Assembly: GCA_951406725.2 (NCBI GenBank)
Contig: OX597817.1
Span: 147,374,001 to 147,438,000 of the forward strand
DNA: 64,000 nt
DNA from: Octopus vulgaris
Lineage: Eukaryota
Reading direction: 5' to 3'
The translations under genes were made by a program, and so were the position numbers. Positions 12,355 to 24,238 of this stretch are shown in pieces (position 1 is the stretch's first letter; every line of letters starts with the position of its first letter). Below the pieces are notes generated by a model that saw nothing but the letters and a program-made list of their open reading frames with translations, ran no database searches and was not told where the DNA came from.

Positions 12355-13400
12355 CATAATGTCTTTGGGTTAATACTGCTTAACTTCTAAGAAGGTGATT
12401 TCTTTCGTTGCTCCTTTTCGACCTCCACACATTCAGACTATTACTATTATGCATTTTGCCTCATTATTTGGATTTGGTGGTTTCCCGTGTTAAATATTTG
12501 ATCAGGACACGTAATCAAAAATACTTCGGTCTCGGCTTTCATTCTTACATTGCTTAATCAGTACTGAATTTCATCTTTCTCCTCGTTTAGCTCAGTTTCG
12601 TCCAATACTAGACACGTAGCAGTTTAGTTCTGTCTTGCGAGCGTCTCACCATGATATTTTAACTTTTAATATTTTTCCTTCATTTATTCATGGGTTGTTC
12701 TCTCTTCATCCTCCATATATTTGTCATTCTTTATCTTCCATTTTATATAAATTGACCTTTTGTTTTATTCTTCTTATTTATTGCTAAATTTACTCTTGAG
12801 GGAATTTTCGTCGGTTCACAGGAAAATCCTCCAGCGATTTGAATTTTAAACTATTTCCACGTTTACGTTGTTGTCTTATTTATAAATTTTATCTTTAGAA
12901 TTTTCTAATCTCACATCTTTCTCATATTTGTATTTGTCATATTTATATTCATATTTTCGTTTGTATAATTCTCATTCAGCCTTTGTTAGACTGTATTCTC
13001 TAGATATGTTTAGGTTAGATTTTGTAGTATTTTGTTCTCTAAAGCTTCGAGATTTACATATTGAATGTTTATAGCTTTAATATTTTTATTCTCGTTGTAT
13101 GTATTTCCATTGTTTTCTCTTGAAATACTTTGTCTTTTTGTTGTGTATTATTTATTTTAAGTCTTCTATTTCTATATTCGAAATAAATTTGGTTTTCAAA
13201 ACGTATCGTCTTAAATAAGCTACTCTCTGAGGATTCAGATCTATTTTCTCTCTAGACATTAAACGTGTATGCTATGATAGTCTCATATAGTGGGAGAATA
13301 AAGTAGCTGCAGACGTACGTACTATATAAATACATTCCATACGTGTATATTCATTAGATGGTTTTGTTTTTTTTTGCTGGGCTGAAAATCCGGGTTTAAG
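12355..13400 (-). mobile_element. R4/Dong-like non-LTR retrotransposon relic lacking RT
   Basis: Minus-strand peptides KPSNEYTRMECIY and NPQRVAYLRRYVLKTKFISNIEIEDLK (N-terminal); KYHGE...LSNVRMKAETEVFLITCPDQIFNT and MCGG...NHLLRS*AVLTQRHY (post-RT region and zinc knuckle). Confidence 0.55.
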
Positions 13401-13934
13401 AACAACATATTGTATTTTTGTTGAGCATCTTGTTTCAAGAGTAACCACAAGGAGAAAGGTGAGCTTATTCTGTTTCCCCGACCGTGAAGGAACAAAATCC
13501 ATTTAAAGTATATATTTGAAGGAGATTCTTCTGAAAATATTGAAAGATTTACCAGTAACGCCATGTGATAGCGGAAGAGAATGCAAGAAAACCAGGGAAA
13601 AAGAATGAAGGGAAACTCCCTTTGTTACTTAACGTGAAAGTCCCTACTGTATTTCGACAGTTGCGATGAAATGATTGCAACAGTAACTGTGGAGACATCT
13701 GCTATATCAGTAATGGTGCCACTACCACAAACTGGCAATTAGCAAAATTAATAATTTTGTCCCCAACGTAAAGAAAGGAGTGTCATTCGCAAAAATCACT
13801 TAGTCGAGATGAAGAATTCGCTTTGAAAACAATTAAGGGTTTTTAATTAAAAGCACAAAGGCTACGTAGCAGGAGTTGATATTATAGTTTTAGCCAAGAC
13901 AAAAATGGTAGAAAAAAAAAGTAAAACAATATCC

Positions 13935-14522
13935 TTTTCTATTCTAGAAACAAGGCCTGAAATTTTTGTGGGGAGGAGGCCAGTCGATTAAAACGACCTC
14001 AGTACGTAATTGGTACTTAATTTATCGACTTGCCTGAATTTGAACTCAGAACGTAAAGAAACACTAAGTACCGCTACGCATTTCACTCGGCGTGCTTACC
14101 GTTTCTTATTTCTTTATTGCCCACAAGGGGCTAAACATAGAGATGACAAGCAAGGACAGACAAACGGATTAAGTCGAATACATAGACCCCAGTGCGTAAC
14201 TGGTACTTATTTAATCGACCCCGAAAGGATGAAAGGCAAAGTCGACCTCGCGGAATTTGAACTCGGAACGTAAAGACACACGAATTACCTATTTCTTTAC
14301 TACCCACAAGGGGCTAAACACAGAGGGGACAAACAAGGACAGACAAACGGATTAAGTCGATTACATCGACCCCAGTGCGTAACTGGTACTTAATTTAATC
14401 GACCCCGAAAAGATGAAAGGCAAAGTCGACCTCGGCGGAATTTGAACTCAGAACGTAACTGCAGACGAAAAACCGCTAAGAATTTCGCCCAGCGTGCTAC
14501 CGTTTTTGCCATCTCGCCGCCT
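13935..14522 (-). mobile_element. SINE family B multimer (two Tx1-tailed units plus an old-tail unit)
   Basis: Repeated GACCCCGAAAGGATGAAAGGCAAAGTCGACCTCG units; head ends ...CTCGCCGCC. Confidence 0.85.
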
Positions 14523-14539
14523 TTGAAAAAAACCATATC

Positions 14540-15150
14540 CACAAAGAACTGTTCACTAGAGATGATCGAAAGGAGAGAATAATATAAGTGTGAAAACCTT
14601 ATTTCATTGCACACCATAAGGAATTGCCTGTGGTTTCGGTTAACGATTTTCTCTTTGCAGCTTCATTCCTTGTTGATGATACTGAACAACTGATGAGATG
14701 GAATTAGTGACGGTCTATTACTTTTACAGAGAACAATCACAGCGTTTATAACCTCATTCACGTAATTCGAGAGCTTCACCATTAATGTAAGGTTTTCCAG
14801 ATTTGCCGATTAATCTTGGAATTTTGTAAGATGCATCCAATCATTTCTGAAAGCGGCTACTTTCTTTTACAATCAACTCCTTAATTATAGATCGATTTTT
14901 AATTTATTTTTTCAACCCTGAAAAAACAAAACAAAAACATAGCTTACGTAATATTTTGCTTTGTCTTGGAGGTTTTGTTTCTTTAGTATAATCAATCAAT
15001 CATGCTTAAAGGTTTTATTCATTGGTTTCAGAAAATGTTTTCACATAATCAGCAGGTTGGTAACTGCACCCTATTAATTGATGAAAACTCCATCTTTCAA
15101 ATATTTACATGAACAATGGCAACAATTTCCTTTTTCAATGTTTATCATGC
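14540..15150 (-). mobile_element. hAT (Buster/Charlie-like) transposase N-terminal relic
   Basis: Minus strand KYLKDG...VQLPTC*LCENIF...IKPLSM and ASYKIPRLIGKSGKPYINGE...VNEVINAVI. Confidence 0.65.
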
Positions 15151-15458
15151 TGCTAACCACAATATCAATATTTACATAAAACGTTTTTATCTTAATAAAG
15201 GATCGCCATAAAAACTCTTAACCTCAACTGACTGTTCTAAAGAATAAATTGCGGAAGGATTTTTTTAAAATACTGATATAAATATAAACAACTGATTTCA
15301 TGTTATAATTAGATTTATTAAAATTCATTTAAATACTTGGAACCTGACAGAAAAATAAGAAGCAAAGCAAGATGACAACCAACAGCGAAGATGGGGACCA
15401 ACACGTCAATTGTTCGACTTCACTCTTTAAAACACTTATCAATATTTACTGATACTAA

Positions 15459-16250
15459 GGCGGTGAGCTGGCAGAAACGTTAACACGCCGGGCGAAATGC
15501 TTAGCGGTATTTCGTCTGCCGCTACGTTCCGAGTTCAAATTCCGCCGAGGTCGACTTTGCCTTTCATCCTTTCGGGGTCGATTAAATAAGTACCAGTTAC
15601 GCAATGGAGTCGGTATAATCGACTTAATCCGTTTGTCTGTCCTTGTTTGTCCTCTCTGTGTTTAGCCCCTTGTGGGTAGTAAAGAAATAGGTATTTCGTC
15701 TGCCGTTACGTTCTGAGTTCAAATACCGCCTTTACCTTTCATCCTTTCTGAGTCGATAAATTAAGTACCAGTTACGCATTGGGGTCGATATAATCGTTTT
15801 ATCCGTTTGTCTGTCCTTGTTTGTCCCCTCTGTGTGTAGCCTAGCACCTTGTGGGCAGTAAAGAGTTAGGTATTTCATCTGCCGTTACGTTCTGAGTTCA
15901 AATTCCGCCGAGGTTGACTTTGCCTTTCATCCTTTCGGAGTCGATAAATTAAGTACCAGTTACGCACTGGGGTCGATATAATCGACTTAATCTGTTTGTC
16001 TGTCCTTGTTTGTCCCCTCTATGTGTAGCCCCTTGTGGGCAATAAAGAAATAAGAATCGTTAGTACTGCGAGCAAAATGCCTTGCAGCATTTTATCCGTC
16101 TTCACCTCCTGAGTTCATATTCCACCGCGGTCAGCCTTGCCTTTTAACCTTTCGGAGTCGATAAAATAAGAACCATTTGAGTACTGAGGTTGATATAATC
16201 GATTTAGTGGCGCGCCCGAAATTGTTGGCCTTTTCTCAAAATTTTAAATC
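15459..16250 (+). mobile_element. SINE family B multimer (three Tx1-tailed units plus an old-tail unit)
   Basis: Head GGCGGTGAGCTGGCAGAAACGTT; units of about 180 bp; imperfect TSD ATCAAT(A/G)T(T/C)TACTGA at 15438-15452 and 16248-16262. Confidence 0.9.
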
Positions 16251-16279
16251 AATGTCTACTGAGAGGTTTTACGATACCA

Positions 16280-16710
16280 CGGCTGTGTGGTAAAGAAGCA
16301 CGCTTTACAACTATGTGGTTTCGGGTTCAGTACTACTACACTGCACCTTGGACAAGGGTCTCCTAGAAACTGTGAGAGTGAATTTGATAGACACTATCAA
16401 GAAGCTCGTCGTATATATATATCATATATATATATATATATATCATATATATATATATATATAGATATATGTAAGTGCACTTTTGTTTGTGTGTGTGTTT
16501 CTGTTTGTGATTGTCTCCATCAACACCGCTTGAAAAGCGGCACTGTTCCGGTGACTTGAAATGTCCTGTAAAATAAATAGTTAAAATAAGTACCAGGCTA
16601 AAAAGAATATATACTACAGCTGATTTGTTCGCGTGTACTCTTCAAGGCGATACCCCAACATGGCCACAGTCGAACGAATGGTATACGAAAATGATAGAAA
16701 ATAAAAGACA
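16280..16710 (+). mobile_element. SINE family A, diverged
   Basis: GGCTGTGTGGTAAAG head; CAACATGGCCACAGTC tail. Confidence 0.65.
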
Positions 16711-16817
16711 TCTGAACTAGCATTGAGCTTGAAAAACCAAATTAACGTTTCTATCCAGACGTTTATGCCATGCATCGAAGGGAGAAAACTCCGTTTCATC
16801 TTCATTGCAATTATCAA

Positions 16818-17218
16818 TCTCTCTCGATATAAAGCTGAAGTTGTCTGTGTATGGCAGGTTGGGTAGCCTTCAACTAACACTATCTCCTCCGAGACCCTGC
16901 GGCGCATGTTGACCAAAATTGAGAGTATGATAGAAGAAGGCTCGCTCTTCCATCCGTAGAAGAAAAAACTTCAAATCGGACCATATTAACACCAAAAATT
17001 ATTTACATCAAAAAGGTGCTTTTTGTCTATGAAAAGTTTTCTATTTTTTACGATTTTTTGACTGCTGTGTCGTCATTTTTCGGTGTATATTAACCAGAAA
17101 AATGTTCACTTAAAGAGAATTACAAGCTAAATAATGCCAAATTTTTACTTTTCAAAACTTCCAATTCTAAAGGGTCGAAAAGAAAACAAGCCCGAGCAAC
17201 GCTGGGCTATACTGCTAG
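16818..17218 (+). mobile_element. Non-autonomous Helitron-like element
   Basis: A|TC 5' end; 3' hairpin GCCCGAGCAACGCTGGGC followed by CTAG|T. Confidence 0.75.
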
Positions 17219-17409
17219 TTTTCCTTAAAAATTTATACTATGCTCATTGTTTTTCATTATCAGGAAATTCGAAGGGACTCATATTTATTGAAATAGAAAG
17301 AATGGATGAGAGCGATGAAAATGGGATGTGAACAGAAGTTGTCAGTGAGTTATCAATATAAGAACGAACCCCCAAAATCATTTCACTTGCCATATTTATC
17401 GATTTTTAT

Positions 17410-17556
17410 CTGTGTCACGCTGAATCTCCCCCAGAACTACGTTAAGGGTACACGTGTCTGTGGAGCGCCCAGCCACCTGCACGTTAATTTCACGAGCAGT
17501 CTGTTCCGTTGACCGGATCAACTGGAACCCTCGTCATCGTAGCCGATAGAATGCCA
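17410..17556 (+). mobile_element. SINE family C 3' fragment
   Basis: TTAAGGGTACACGTGTCTGTGG...GCACGTTAATTTCACGAGCAG; homologous to 20610-20920. Confidence 0.65.
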
Positions 17557-18493
17557 CAAATGTCTGGGACCAAACATTTTCAAAAGCGAAGTATGTGTAG
17601 ACAGTACATCGAACGAGGTTGGCTGATAAGCATTTGAAAGCAATTCTCTTGGTTGGATGCAGCAATTCCAAAGCAAATATTGATGATATATTAACAGCTA
17701 AACATCAGTTTCACAAATCTGACTAACCTTTTCTTCCCTGCTTAGTTTATGGGATTCGGATATGTGCGCACTGGGTGTGATATAATTATCTTATTGCTAA
17801 CGTCGCCTTCCTTGATAACTTTTGGTAAATAAATATATTTGTTGTCTTTTTTTTTGTATATTCACTGTATTACATTGAACAAAATGGTCATGCAGCTTCG
17901 CTCGTCAATCTCTCAGTCATCTGGCTCGCCGTGAAAACAGTTCGTTGACCCTTGGTCTAATCAATTCAAGTTCATGTCCAAGCATGGCCGCTGTCCAATG
18001 ACACTCACAAGTAAAACATAAAACGTAAAACAAATGTAGTTAACGATGACATTAATTTTATCGGGAAATGATAACCAGTCTCTGATCAATAGATTTTGAT
18101 CTTTGATAATATCTAATGTGTTTTAATTAGTTTTAATTAGTTCTTCCTCTGAATCTTGATAAATAAGGAAGCTCGTTATGTCCATCGTTGATAATAGTGT
18201 ATCACTTCACTTTGTCAAAATGCATTATGGCGGACGTGGGAGGACTTGGTTTGTCACTGTGTTGTAGCCATTTCGTCTGTCATCTTTTGTCTTTTGTTTC
18301 ACTCATTAAAGTACGGCCATGCACGACCAACGCCACGAAGGGTTTAGTTGAACAAGTCGACACCAGGACTTATGTTTTGTTTATAAGTCTGGTACTTATT
18401 CTATCGGTTTCTTTTGCAGAACTTCTAAGTTATGGAGACGTAAACAAACCAGTAGCGGTTGCAAAGTGGTTACGGGATGGGGGAATAACAAAG

Positions 18494-18586
18494 GTATACA
18501 GACAGGGTAAATAAAATACACACACACACATACATATGTATATACTCATATACATGAGTATATATGTGAGGAATCTCGCTATTTAG

Positions 18587-18624
<38 letters not shown>

Positions 18625-18814
18625 CTAAATAGCGAGATATGTATATACTCATATACATGAGTATATATGTGAGAAATCTCGCTATTTAGATACGTATATA
18701 TATATATATATATATACATATCTAAATAGCGAGATTCCTCACATATATACTCATGTATATGAGTATATACATATGTATGTATGTGTGTGTGTGTGTGTGT
18801 ATTTTATTTACGTG

Positions 18815-18822
<8 letters not shown>
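18494..18822. repeat. Nested fold-back palindrome
   Basis: 18494-18600 is the near-exact reverse complement of 18710-18822; internal partial re-copies of GAATCTCGCTATTTAGAT in both orientations. Confidence 0.85.
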
Positions 18823-18854
<32 letters not shown>

Positions 18855-18857
<3 letters not shown>

Positions 18858-19065
18858 TTGATTCAAAATGTGACCGCGTGGCGATTTTTCCTTCCGTCTT
18901 CCCTTCTTTGGATCTTTCCTTTTCCTATGTTTCTGACGAAGAGCTCCGCTCGAAACGTTAAACCCTCCTTTCCTTCTTTCCTGAGCATCCAATAATACTA
19001 TACTTGTTCCACGCCCTCGCGTTGTTGTGTTTTCTCTTTGTGTTTTCATGTTTGGATTAACTATG
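18855..19065 (+). mobile_element. Penelope-like LTR fragment
   Basis: Pyrimidine-rich segment with a CTGACGAAG...CGAAACGTT hammerhead core. Confidence 0.6.
18929..18963 (+). ncRNA. Minimal type I hammerhead ribozyme motif
   Basis: gttt-CTGACGA-a-gagc(tcc)gctc-GAAA-cg-TT-aaac; intact core, stems I and II, palindromic ACGT stem III. Confidence 0.7.
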
Positions 19066-19067
19066 TA

Positions 19068-19410
19068 CGAGCAAAACGCACCCCGTCCAATGGACGGTGC
19101 TGAGTTGTCAAACCTTTAAACCAAAACAACTTGTCCGACCTTCCCATAGACCTCCCCTTTGAGAAACACTGATTTAACCTAAATTTGAGACACCAGCAAA
19201 AGAAGGAATAAAGATAGACTTTTTTCTATTCCAAGGAAAACGATTTTACAAATGCACGTTCCCACGGCTTTATCGATCTCATTCTCACATGGAATCGATA
19301 TTTGCAATTTTTTCAAGACTTATACACGCCCTGATACCGTCGGTATCTACATATCAAATTTGAGCACAATCCTAAAAGACACACACAGAGACAGCCATAT
19401 ATATATAAAC
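19068..19410 (-). mobile_element. Helitron-like element
   Basis: Terminal hairpin GCACCCCGTCCAATGGACGGTGC next to a mutated CTAG; other end TATATATGGCTGTCTCTGTGTG on the minus strand. Confidence 0.45.
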
Positions 19411-19711
19411 AGCGAGATTCCTCACCGTTTCCGAAATCCACTCACAAAGTACTGGTCGGCCCGGGTCTGTAGTAGAAAGCACTCATCCACGGTGCTGCGC
19501 ATTGAAACTAAACACAAAGGCACGTGGTTGCTAAGCAAGTGTCTCCACACCGCCAAGCCAGCTCATATATTCGTGGATATGTTTTCGTACAATTAAGAAT
19601 TATTTTTCATTGTTGTATTTGTTTAGTTCTGTGTTATTTCTCTTGCCTAAGATGGGAAGGTGTAACTGTTTCACTTTATTTAAAAATTGCTTTTGCTATT
19701 GTTCATAGCAA

Positions 19712-20029
19712 ATTTGAACTTCGGCGGAATTTGAACTCAGAAGATGAAGACAGACGAAATACCGCTAAGCATTTCGCCCGGTGGGCTAACGTTTCTTGTT
19801 TCTTTATTGCTCACAAGGGGCTAAACATAGAGGGGACAAACAAGGACAGACAAAGGTGTTAAGTCGATTACATCGACCCCAGTGCGCAACTGGTACTTAA
19901 TTTATCGACCCCGAAAGGATGAAAGGTAAAGTGGACCTCGGCGGAATTTGAAATCAGAACGTAGCGGCAGACGAATTACCGCAAAGCATTTCACCCGGCG
20001 TGCCAAAGTTTTTTCCACCTCGCCGCCTT
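19712..20029 (-). mobile_element. SINE family B (Tx1-tailed unit plus partial second unit)
   Basis: Family B core and tail; junction AATAAAGAAACA|AGAAACGTTAG on the minus strand. Confidence 0.85.
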
Positions 20030-20221
20030 AGATTGTTCTCATTATAATGAAAAAATGTTAGAGAGTAAAAAATACACCCTTTCCGAACTGATTCCTGCAC
20101 CTTCCTCTGCAAACCGCTATTTTTCATGTTTCACAGCGTACTAGGGGGCGTTACCTCCTTGATTGGTAATCACTGATTTCGACCAATTCCGGTAACTTTG
20201 TGCTTGGATTTTAGTTTTTCT

Positions 20222-20590
20222 TTTATTCTTTTGCTTGTGTCAGTAATTTGACTACGGCCATGCTGGAGCACCGATTTTTAGTCGAAGAATCGAACCTCCA
20301 AGCCTAGTACTTATTCTATCGGTCATTTTTGCCGAACTGCTAAGTTACGGGGACGTAAACGCACCAGCATCGGTTGTCAAGCGATGTTGGGCGACAAACA
20401 CAGACACACAGATAGACAGACAGACAAACACACACACATATATTCGACGCGCTTCTTTCAGTTTCCGTCTACCAAATCCGCTCACAAGGCTATAGTAGAA
20501 GACACTTGCCCAAGGTGCCACGCACTGGGACTGAAGCCGGAACCATGTGGTTGGCAAGGCAGCTACTTACCGCACAGTCATTCCTGCGTC
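20222..20590 (-). mobile_element. SINE family A
   Basis: Reverse complement of family A with small deletions. Confidence 0.85.
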
Positions 20591-20609
20591 TATAAAAAGG
20601 AGCAGTTTG

Positions 20610-20920
20610 TCCGTTACGTCGACGAGGGTCCCAGCTGATACGATCAACAAAACAGCCTGTTCGTGAAATTAACGTGCAAGTGACTGAGCAATCCACAGAC
20701 ACGTGAACCCTTAACGTAGTTCTCAGGGAGATGCATCGTGACATACAGTGTAATAAGGCTGACCCTTTGAAATACAGGTACTACTCATTTTTGCCAGCTG
20801 TGTGGACTGGAGCAATGTGACATAAAATGTCTTGCTCAAGGACACAACGCGCCGCCGGGAATTGAACTCACGACCTTATGATAGTGTACCGAATGCCCTA
20901 ACCACTAAGCCACGCACCTT
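20610..20920 (-). mobile_element. tRNA-derived SINE family C
   Basis: Minus strand GGTGCGTGGCTTAGTGGTTAGGG...GAGTTCAATTCC (A/B boxes), CCTTGAGCAAGACA, GCACGTTAATTTCACG. Confidence 0.75.
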
Positions 20921-21352
20921 CACTTCCTTCGCCTAAAATGATATTTGTAATATATATGCTATTGTTGACAACAGCAGTGAATTGCTGCTGCATACTAAGA
21001 CATTCTAGAATAAGGTATAAAAAGTTGATCCAGTATGGGCGTATATAAGATATTTGTTGCAAATAAGAGCTACATGTACATGGATTGTTACTGTATCATC
21101 TTGAAAATGATGGAAGTCATTGGATAAAATAGTTCTATGTCTTAGATGCACTTAAGGTTTAAGTTCGTTATGAAACCTGGCGGTCATATAACAGGGGCTT
21201 AGTTCCTGTTCCATTAAATATCAGTGAGTTGCACCACAAGACTGTCCAAGTAAACAGCATCCTGCTGCAGCATCAACTTCCCGGCTACTACTGGAACTCA
21301 TTTTCTGCTAAGTGGATTGGAGGAACGTGAAATGATGTATCTCAAGAATGTC

Positions 21353-21633
21353 AAGCACCATCTGGTCAGTGAATTGAAACCGTGATCTGACAACCAGTCG
21401 AGCAACATCCTAGCCAATACACCACGGATATGGTTGGAATGCATTTAATCATAAGTATTCTTGATTAAAGCTGAGCTGAGGTTAAACAAAACAAATATTT
21501 ATTAATGAATATTTGCAACAGAGTACAAAAAAGCACCACCTGTTCAATGAATTGAAACCACGACCTGACGACCATGAGAGCAAAATCCTAGGCAATACAC
21601 CATGGATATGGTTGGAATACCTTTAATCATAAG

Positions 21634-21634
<1 letters not shown>
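21353..21634. repeat. Local duplication of about 100 bp covering an old SINE head and flank
   Basis: AAGCACCA...GAATTGAAACC...GGATATGGTTGGAAT...TTTAATCATAAGT at 21353-21455 and 21531-21634. Confidence 0.7.
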
Positions 21635-21669
<35 letters not shown>

Positions 21670-22671
21670 TTAAGTGCCACAAAAATGTACGGAGTACTAT
21701 TTGCCACGACTTTGCAATATATTGCTATCAAAACCACGAGATCATGTTACCGTAGTAGACAAATAATAGCAGCCATAAAATAAAAGGTGATCAGGCCGAC
21801 AGAACCTTTACACAGGAACATATGCAAGAATCACTTCGACATTGATGCTTTCAATCCCTTTATTTTATATCATTTCTAGACATATTACCGTTCAGTTAAA
21901 TTAAAGAGCTGCGTTCAGAACTTTCGTACACCTTATTCAATCGGCATTTCTTCCCTCTTGATAACTGTGTTTAACACTAAAACCACCAGCTGGAACTGTT
22001 TTAGAAACAATAATTCATACAGTCTTCAAGCTATAGGGAACTGGACTGCTAAGACAACGGCACCAGAACGAAAGATCACTTGATACAATATTTGAAATTC
22101 TGACAAATTAACGAACTTACATCACTTAACATTAGTCAAATTGACAATACAAAATACGACGGATGTGTCCCCACTGTGCGTCAGTTCTCCTGTGTTCTCA
22201 GTCGTTTTGGTCTCCTGTCTTTTCCTGATTGTCTTGACAGCCTGAAAGTTTTAATACCGTTGGACAGCAGCTCTTTCCCATATTCTCTCCTCTTCTGTTT
22301 ATAAGTACTTCTGATTATACGTATCAATGAAGTGGCTACAATCTCGGTCCGTTACTGTTACAATGATGCTCTCCTGAAGATATCCTCGTTATGAATTTTA
22401 AAACAAAATTTGTTATCGACTTTTTGGCCACACTTCGCTGTTCAGTTAGATAAGTATCAGTCAAGTATTGAGGTATATTTTATCGACTGAGCTCTTCTCC
22501 ATCATGTTTATTATCTTAAAAAGTATCATTCATACTATAGTATCATTACTGGGCAAATCATTTTACTTTAATCTTTGTTTTAAAATTCCCCTTGAAAATG
22601 ACGATTGAGAGCGGACGTGAACAGCAATAAAAAACACAGAGGTATCTTTATGAAATCTGTTTTCAAAGCCA

Positions 22672-22883
22672 CTCTTTACTCTCTTTTACTCTTTTACTTG
22701 TTTCAGTCATTTGACTGCGGCCAAGCTGGAGCACCACCTTTAGTCGAGCAAATCGACCCCAGAACTTATTCTTTGGAAGCCTAGTACTTATTTTATCGGT
22801 CACTTTTGCCGAATCGCCAAGTTACGGGGACGTAAACACACCAGCATCAGTTGTCAAGCGATGCTGGGGGGACAAATAGACAC

Positions 22884-22914
<31 letters not shown>

Positions 22915-23115
22915 CACACACACACATATATATATATACATATACATATATACGACGGGCTTCTTTCAGTTTCCGTGTAACAAATCCCCTCACAAGGCTT
23001 TGGTCGGCCCAAGGCTATAGTAGAAGACACTTGCTGAAGGTGCCACGCAGTGAGACGGAACCTGGAACCATGTGGTTGATAAGCAAGCTACTTATCACAC
23101 AGTCACTCCTGTGCC
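22672..23115 (-). mobile_element. SINE family A, full length
   Basis: Near-consensus head and tail with terminal AAAGAGTA-type repeats. Confidence 0.9.
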
Positions 23116-23391
23116 TATCATATCACAGAATGAATGTCGACAAAAAGAGATTATTCTAGATGAGTTTTGGAGATAATACGTTCTGTTAAAGATAAATTTG
23201 TCATCAAATCATTATCAAGTGTTTGTTGTTTTGTTTTTGTTGTACCTGTGTATCTTGAGCAACCTGGTCTATATATGTCAGATAGATTCTAGTGAGTGTT
23301 CATAATTGATATGTCTTTGGTGCGGTGGAAATTCAGATTAAAGTCTTTTGAATGAAGCTAGATATACATTTATACATTGGATGGTCATATT

Positions 23392-23799
23392 AGGATCTTT
23401 TCGGTTTGAACAGCAGTCTCTTTCTAGCGTTGTCATATGAAATTGTCACCAATAATTATGACCCTAGAATCGATCTATTGGTTAGGGTTAGTTAGGGTTA
23501 GGGGTGGGGGAAGGGTATCTTTTTTTCTTCACAAATTTAAATAAACCCAATGTGTTTCTTAAACGAGGGACATATTCATACGGCACAGAATGCTTTTAAA
23601 CTCAATAAACGCCAGTGATTGGTTGAAATTGCAGAAATTGAAGAAAAAAACCCAAATATCTTACAAACTATAGAATTTTCTCAATAAAGCCAAGAGAAAA
23701 AGATGTTTTATAAACACATTCTACCAGTATACGAAGTTTAACATTTTTTAGTTACCTAGAAATTATGTTAAAAACTGCCGCTCAAACCGAAAAAATCCC
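23392..23799 (-). mobile_element. GGGATC-type MITE, same family as 5530-5947
   Basis: TIRs GGATCTTTTCGGTTTGAACAGCAG / CTGCCGCTCAAACCGAAAAAATCCC; internal GGTTAG repeats. Confidence 0.85.
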
Positions 23800-24238
23800 A
23801 TACTTATATCGGTTGGGCTCTGCGGTGCAGCTGAAGCATCTCCTAATAAGGTAAACTTATTATCACACGCCATTTGCTCCTGAAGTAATAGCCTCATAAT
23901 GTTTGGCCAAAACTAACCGGCCTATCGTTCAAATAAATATTACATCTGCACCTTCACTCTGATTATCAGGTAAAACGAGTGGTGCTCATATCTTCAGAGA
24001 GAACGATTTACGTTGGATTTAACGCTATTTTATTCGACATAACATACTTGTGTCACATGTACTGAGAGCTGTTACAAATATCGTGAAGCTTCTGCGTTTC
24101 CCTTATATTAAAAACGTTTCTATTTCTGAATCTTTATATTTAGAAATTTAATCCTGATTCGTTCAGAAAGATATTTTATTCTGTTATTGAAATATCTTTA
24201 AAATCTATTACTATTTTCTTTATATTACATTATATGAG

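Larger units (their letters stand above)
18290..19565 (-). mobile_element. Old SINE family A copy split by a fold-back, a Penelope-like fragment and a Helitron-like insertion
   Basis: Tail at about 18290-18480; head at about 19408-19565. Confidence 0.55.
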
